This document shows positions 60,154 through 64,000 of a DNA stretch of 64,000 nt, one piece after another (positions within the stretch are counted from its first letter, which is position 1; the number at the start of each line of letters is the position of its first letter). The stretch is taken from NCBI GenBank assembly GCA_018715595.1, contig DVLI01000026.1:870-64869 (forward strand), given 5' to 3'. The notes beneath the pieces are model-generated. The model searched no databases. It was given only the letters and a program-made list of their open reading frames with translations, and had not been told where the DNA came from. Position numbers and translations under genes: made by a program. The DNA comes from Candidatus Caccoplasma merdavium. GTDB lineage: Bacteria > Bacteroidota > Bacteroidia > Bacteroidales > UBA11471.

Positions 60154-61230
60154 TTATTTGTTGATGATGACCATTTGTTGGCGTATCGACTCTTCGTGGA
60201 TAGCCGCCAAGATGGTTTGCATAAATTCTCCGTCCATATCCATGTCCTGGGCTTGACTGACCCGTTTGCTGAGGATTTCGTCATATCGGGCTGTCTGCAA
60301 GACGGGCATGTCGTGTTCTTTCTTGTATTGGCCGATTTCGCGTGATACGCGCATGCGTTTGGCCAACAGGTCGAGCAGTTGGTTGTCGAGTTCGTCGATT
60401 TGACGGCGCAATTCGTTGAGGTTTTCTGTGCTTTGTGAGGTTTCGCGTACGATGAGCATGTCGAGAATGTAGGCTAATACATCGGGTTTTACTTGTTGTG
60501 AGGCGTCGCTCCATGCGTTGTCGGGGTTGCAGTGCGACTCGATGATGAGACCGTCGAATCCAAGGTCCATGGCCTGTTGGCTGAGCGGAGCGATGAGGTC
60601 TCTTTTCCCGCCGATGTGGCTGGGGTCGCAGATGATGGGCAGGTTGGGGAAACGCCGGCGCAACTCGATGGGAATGTGCCATTGCGGCAGGTTGCGGTAG
60701 ATGCGTTTGTCGTAGGCGCTGAACCCGCGGTGTATCACGCCGATTTTGCGGATACCGGCATTGTAGATGCGCTCTACTGCACCTATCCACAATTCGAGGT
60801 CGGGATTCACGGGATTTTTGATGAAGATGGGAATGTCGACTCCTTTCAGGGCATCGGCGATTTCCTGCATCGAGAAGGGGTTGGCCGCGGTGCGGGCTCC
60901 TATCCACAGAATGTCGACACCGTATTTGAGGGCTTCAAACACATGGTATTGGTTGGCCACTTCGGTGGCGACATACATGCCGGTTTCTTCTTTTACGCGT
61001 TTGAGCCAGGGTAGCCCCACGGTTCCCACGCCTTCGAATCCTCCCGGTTTGGTGCGAGGTTTCCATATCCCGGCACGGAATATCTTGATGCCTTGTGCGG
61101 CCAGCTGTTTGGCCGTTTCAAGTACTTGTTCTTCGGTTTCGGCACTGCATGGACCGGCAATGACGAGCGGGCGTTTGTTTTCGATTCCCGGTAAAGTAAT
61201 CGGTTCGAAATTCATGATTGTGTCAGCCAT
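60154..61230 (-). CDS. Bifunctional 3-deoxy-7-phosphoheptulonate synthase / chorismate mutase
   Basis: The start is at MADTIMNFEP (61230). It has a DAHPS I-beta core (PLVIAGPCSAE, CDPSHIGG). The C-terminal AroQ chorismate mutase segment reads LRRQIDELDNQLLDLLAKRMRVSREIGQYK. Confidence 0.88.
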   Translation of the reverse strand: MADTIMNFEPITLPGIENKRPLVIAGPCSAETEEQVLETAKQLAAQGIKIFRAGIWKPRTKPGGFEGVGTVGLPWLKRVKEETGMYVATEVANQYHVFEALKYGVDILWIGARTAANPFSMQEIADALKGVDIPIFIKNPVNPDLELWIGAVERIYNAGIRKIGVIHRGFSAYDKRIYRNLPQWHIPIELRRRFPNLPIICDPSHIGGKRDLIAPLSQQAMDLGFDGLIIESHCNPDNAWSDASQQVKPDVLAYILDMLIVRETSQSTENLNELRRQIDELDNQLLDLLAKRMRVSREIGQYKKEHDMPVLQTARYDEILSKRVSQAQDMDMDGEFMQTILAAIHEESIRQQMVIINK

Positions 61231-61249
61231 ATTTTTGATGTTTTTTTGA

Positions 61250-62446
61250 TTATTGACAAATGTGTTTTTTGATGCGTTCGAGCGATTCTTCCAGCTCCTT
61301 TTTGTCGGCACAGAGGGAGATGCGCACATAGCGCTCGCCTTGACTGCCGAATATGATGCCGGGCGTGATGAAGACGTGTGCATCGTAGAGTACCTTGTCG
61401 GCCAATTCGGTGCAACTGCTCATCGAGTCGGGTATTTTGGCCCAGAGGAACATGCCCCGTTGTCTGGGGTCGAACGTGCAACCCAGTGACTTGGCAATCT
61501 GTTCGGCTATCACACGGCGTTCGCGGTAGACGATGTTGTTGCCTTCATACCACGAAGCGGGCAGTGACAGCGAGTGGGCGGCTGCTTCTTGCATGGGACG
61601 GAACGTCCCCGAGTCGATATTGCTCTTGACCCGTAACACCCACGATACGAATTGGGCGTTCGAGGCCAGCATGCCCACGCGCCAACCCGGCATGTTGTGC
61701 GATTTGCTCATCGAGTTCATTTCGATGCAAATATCTTTGGCACCCGGTACCGAGAGCAGGCTCAGCGGCGTGTCGTTGAGGATGAAACTGTATGGGTTGT
61801 CGTTGACGATGATGATGCTGTGGCGCATGCCGAAGTCGACCAGCTTTTCGAACAGCTCGCGAGAGGCCGGAGCTCCGGTCGGCATGTGCGGATAGTTGAC
61901 CCACATAAGTTTTACGCCCGAGAGGTCGCATTTTTCGAGGGCTTCGAAGTCGGGCTGCCAGCCGTTCTCTTCGCGCAGCTCGTAGGGAATGATGCGGGCT
62001 TCGGCCAAGCGGCTCACCGAGGTGTAGGTGGGGTAGCCGGGGTTGGGTACCAGCACGCTGTCGCCGGGGTTGAGAAATGCCAGGGAGATGTGCAGAATAC
62101 CCTCTTTTGAACCGATGAGCGGTTGTATCTCGGTCGCCGGGTCGAGCTCTACGTCATACCATCTCTTATACCAGTCGGCAAATGCCTTTCGCAGTTCGGG
62201 AATACCCACATAGGGTTGGTAGCCGTGGGTATTGTCTTTGCGGCTCTCGCGGCAGAGTGTCTCTATCGTTTCGGGGTGGGGCGGACGGTCGGGACTGCCG
62301 ATGCCGAGACTGATGACATTCAGCCCCCGGGCATTCATCTCGGCGACTTCTTTCAATTTTTTCGAAAAGTAGTATTCGCTGACCTGGTTCACCCGATTGG
62401 CCGGTGTGATGTTACAGGTTGTTTTTTGATTCGGCATATTCTCCAA
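61250..62446 (-). CDS. Class I/II PLP-dependent aminotransferase (probable aromatic/prephenate aminotransferase)
   Basis: It has the PLP-lysine context SMSKSHNMPGWRVG and an NPGYPTY motif. It sits between pheA and DAHPS/CM. Its start overlaps the pheA stop by about 26-35 nt. Confidence 0.82.
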   Translation of the reverse strand: MENMPNQKTTCNITPANRVNQVSEYYFSKKLKEVAEMNARGLNVISLGIGSPDRPPHPETIETLCRESRKDNTHGYQPYVGIPELRKAFADWYKRWYDVELDPATEIQPLIGSKEGILHISLAFLNPGDSVLVPNPGYPTYTSVSRLAEARIIPYELREENGWQPDFEALEKCDLSGVKLMWVNYPHMPTGAPASRELFEKLVDFGMRHSIIIVNDNPYSFILNDTPLSLLSVPGAKDICIEMNSMSKSHNMPGWRVGMLASNAQFVSWVLRVKSNIDSGTFRPMQEAAAHSLSLPASWYEGNNIVYRERRVIAEQIAKSLGCTFDPRQRGMFLWAKIPDSMSSCTELADKVLYDAHVFITPGIIFGSQGERYVRISLCADKKELEESLERIKKHICQ

Positions 62447-63254
62447 GTATTTTAAGTTCTTTGATCAGGGGGGTGATGGCATCGACGGCCTGGCGATAAC
62501 GCAGGCGGTCTTCATACACGACATCGATGTAGAATTGGTATTCCCATTCACGACCGATGATGGGCAGCGACTGTATTTTGGTCAAATTCATTTTATAGAA
62601 CGACAGTATCGAGAGCACTTGTGACAGGCTGCCTTCGGTGTGCGGTAGGGTAAATACGAGACTGGCTTTGTTGCAAATCTTATCCTTGCGCAACTCGTCG
62701 GCATGCCAGCGGTTGGCGATGACCAGGAAACGGGTGGAGTTGTGTTTGTTGGTTTCGATGCCTTCTTCCAAGATTTTCAGGCCATACATGGCGGCCACGT
62801 CTTTCCCGCAAATGGCGGCGTGCCCGTGAAGTTTGTTCTTGAAGATGTCTTCGGCACTTTTGGCCGTGTCTTCGGCCTCCACGGCTTTTATCTCGGGGTG
62901 GGCATTGAGGAATTCCCGGCACTGCATGAGGGCGATGGGGTGGGAGCTGACTTCGTGAATGTCTTTCCAGTCATCTTCGGGCAGACACATGATAGAGTGC
63001 GAGATGTGCAACCGGGCTTCCCCTATGATTTGCGAATCGCTTTCGCGCAGCAGTTCGTGGTTTTGCAGCAAGCTGCCGGCAATGGTGTTTTCGATGGCCA
63101 TCAGGCCGATGACCGTGTCGTCTTTCTTTATGGCGGTGAAAATGTCCTCGAAGCGGGCACAATAGAGAATTTCTATTTCTTCTCCGGCAAAGTAGCGATG
63201 AGCGGTTATATCGTGAAAGGACCCTTTGGCTCCTTGTATGGCTATGCGTTTCAT
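62412..63254 (-). CDS. pheA: Prephenate dehydratase
   Basis: It has IAIQGAKGSFH, NSTRFLVI and a C-terminal ACT domain (SLVFTLPHTEGSLSQVL). 280 aa. Confidence 0.9.
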   Translation of the reverse strand: MKRIAIQGAKGSFHDITAHRYFAGEEIEILYCARFEDIFTAIKKDDTVIGLMAIENTIAGSLLQNHELLRESDSQIIGEARLHISHSIMCLPEDDWKDIHEVSSHPIALMQCREFLNAHPEIKAVEAEDTAKSAEDIFKNKLHGHAAICGKDVAAMYGLKILEEGIETNKHNSTRFLVIANRWHADELRKDKICNKASLVFTLPHTEGSLSQVLSILSFYKMNLTKIQSLPIIGREWEYQFYIDVVYEDRLRYRQAVDAITPLIKELKILGEYAESKNNL

Positions 63255-63273
63255 AATCTGTGTTTTTGGTCGT

Positions 63274-63310
63274 AAAAAAAATTCCCACTCTTCCGTGTCA
63301 GAAGGTGGGA
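63274..63310 (-). terminator. Attenuator terminator 2 (directly upstream of pheA)
   Basis: On the minus strand the hairpin reads TCCCACCTTC-tgacacg-GAAGAGTGGGA (10 bp with one bulge), then A and U8. It ends 19 nt before the pheA ATG. Confidence 0.7.
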
Positions 63311-63420
63311 TAACATATCATCGAGCTTTTGAGGCATGTGCGATTGCCTCCCACCTTGACGCATTGGTGCATAAAGTAGAAAAAATAAAAGCCGTAAAAT
63401 CGTACAAATAAATTTTTCAT
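63298..63420 (-). CDS. Candidate leader peptide 2 (MKNLFVRFYGFYFFYFMHQ..., 40 codons)
   Basis: 9 of the first 16 codons are Phe or Tyr. The ORF runs through the anti-terminator segment AAGGTGGGA (63357..63349). It stops (TGA) in the terminator loop. Confidence 0.5.
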   Translation of the reverse strand: MKNLFVRFYGFYFFYFMHQCVKVGGNRTCLKSSMICYPTF

Positions 63421-63433
63421 ATTTCCGTATATT

Positions 63434-63460
63434 AAAAAATCCCGTCTTGTGAACGGGATT
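63434..63460 (-). terminator. Attenuator terminator 1
   Basis: On the minus strand the hairpin reads AATCCCGT-tcacaag-ACGGGATT and runs into U6. No coding gene lies upstream on this strand. Confidence 0.7.
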
Positions 63461-63500
63461 TCTTTATTTCGTAAATTGTCAGCCATACAGAATCCCGTTT

Positions 63501-63557
63501 TTACTTATTGTTAAAGTAAAAATAGAAAAAATAGGTATGACCAAAACAATGTTTCAT
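63501..63557 (-). CDS. Candidate leader peptide 1 (MKHCFGHTYFFYFYFNNK)
   Basis: It is an 18-codon ORF in which 8 codons are Phe or Tyr, seven of them consecutive. The TAA stop abuts the anti-terminator arm AACGGGATT (63499..63491). Confidence 0.6.
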   Translation of the reverse strand: MKHCFGHTYFFYFYFNNK

Positions 63558-63580
63558 TTCGTTTGTCTTTAATACGGCAA

Positions 63581-63588
63581 CAAAGATA
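63581..63588 (-). promoter_or_regulatory. -7 promoter box TAtcTTTG for the pheA operon leader
   Basis: The reverse complement of caaagata is an exact TAnnTTTG match. It lies 23 nt upstream of the leader-1 ATG. Confidence 0.5.
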
Positions 63589-63758
63589 TGAAAAAGTAGG
63601 AAAAGAAAAAAGTATTTTGCGATTTTTTTTGTCAAAAAGAAAAATAAAACTTCGTCCTGTGGTAAAACTGTAAAACGAAACGCGAAAATTCTGCCTATTT
63701 TCCTTCCGTGGCCATAAGCCCCTTTTGTCGCAAATAGGTTTGTATCGCAGAATATGCG

Positions 63759-63766
63759 TATATTTG
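63759..63766 (+). promoter_or_regulatory. -7 promoter box TAtaTTTG for mscL
   Basis: Exact TAnnTTTG match, 23 nt upstream of the ATG at 63790. Confidence 0.5.
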
Positions 63767-63789
63767 TGGGGAATAAATACTGTGTCTTA

Positions 63790-64000
63790 TGAAAAAATTT
63801 CTTCAAGAGTTCAAAACATTCGCCATGCGGGGAAATGTAATCGACATGGCTGTCGGCGTCATTATAGGAGGAGCTTTCGGCAAGATTGTCTCTTCATTGG
63901 TTTCCGATATCATCATGCCGCTCATCGGAGTGCTCATCGGCGGGGTCGATTTCCAAAATTTGAAGTGGACTTTTCGCTCCCCTTCCATGGGAGAGGGAAT
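63790..64000 (+). CDS. mscL: Large-conductance mechanosensitive channel MscL, 3'-truncated by window edge
   Basis: My own translation gives [52 protein letters not shown]..., which matches the MscL N-terminal/TM1 signature. It is absent from the ORF track because no stop lies within the window. Confidence 0.88.

Noticed and set aside
63501-63806. The listed 101-aa ORF (63501..63806) and 62-aa ORF (63298..63486) read as protein-coding genes.
   Set aside because: Both are AT-rich and low-complexity and run through promoter and terminator elements. Only their 3' portions (18 and 40 codons, each from an internal ATG) make sense, as Phe/Tyr-rich leader peptides.

Overview
This is a chromosomal segment with the hallmarks of a Bacteroidales genome. 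The signs are TAnnTTTG -7 promoter boxes ahead of many genes, a T9SS C-terminal sorting domain, BspA-type LRR surface proteins, a Ser-type sulfatase next to an anaerobic sulfatase maturase, PpdK, and a PiT transporter with a P-type porin. I count about 50 protein genes and one tRNA-Ser(GGA). I found no rRNA, no CRISPR array, and no transposase, integrase or phage genes. Most content is housekeeping: uvrA (5'-truncated), acyl-CoA ligase, sugar-nucleotide enzymes, the fprA-aguB-aguA-DUF2148 polyamine operon, phosphate uptake, C69 dipeptidase, phosphoglucomutase, ppdK, rlmD, nadD-gmk-yicC, ilvA, ogt, tsaB, murA, rimM, pgk, pyrF, prfA, lon, the aromatic amino-acid operon pheA-aminotransferase-DAHPS/CM-tyrA, and mscL (3'-truncated). 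Two regions stand out. (1) The minus-strand leader of the pheA operon (63255..63590) holds two complete Phe/Tyr-codon leader-peptide attenuators in tandem. (2) A 7.4-kb block (7114..14518) carries every gene-disrupting lesion I can see in the window: 2 in-frame stops and 4 frameshifts. The lesions fall in a roughly 1630-aa T9SS-secreted multidomain pectin methylesterase and in the adjacent propeller/YYY/AraC sensor-regulator. Smaller observations: a cytidylyltransferase-GHMP kinase fusion next to a ManC-like gene, an orphan promoter+terminator pair (candidate sRNA), MurA with Asp at the fosfomycin-target Cys position, and a tRNA-adjacent pair of LRR surface-protein genes with near-identical internal repeats. 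I did not find a convincing novel multi-gene system such as a defence island. All calls rest on reading the sequence and ORF translations, with no database search.
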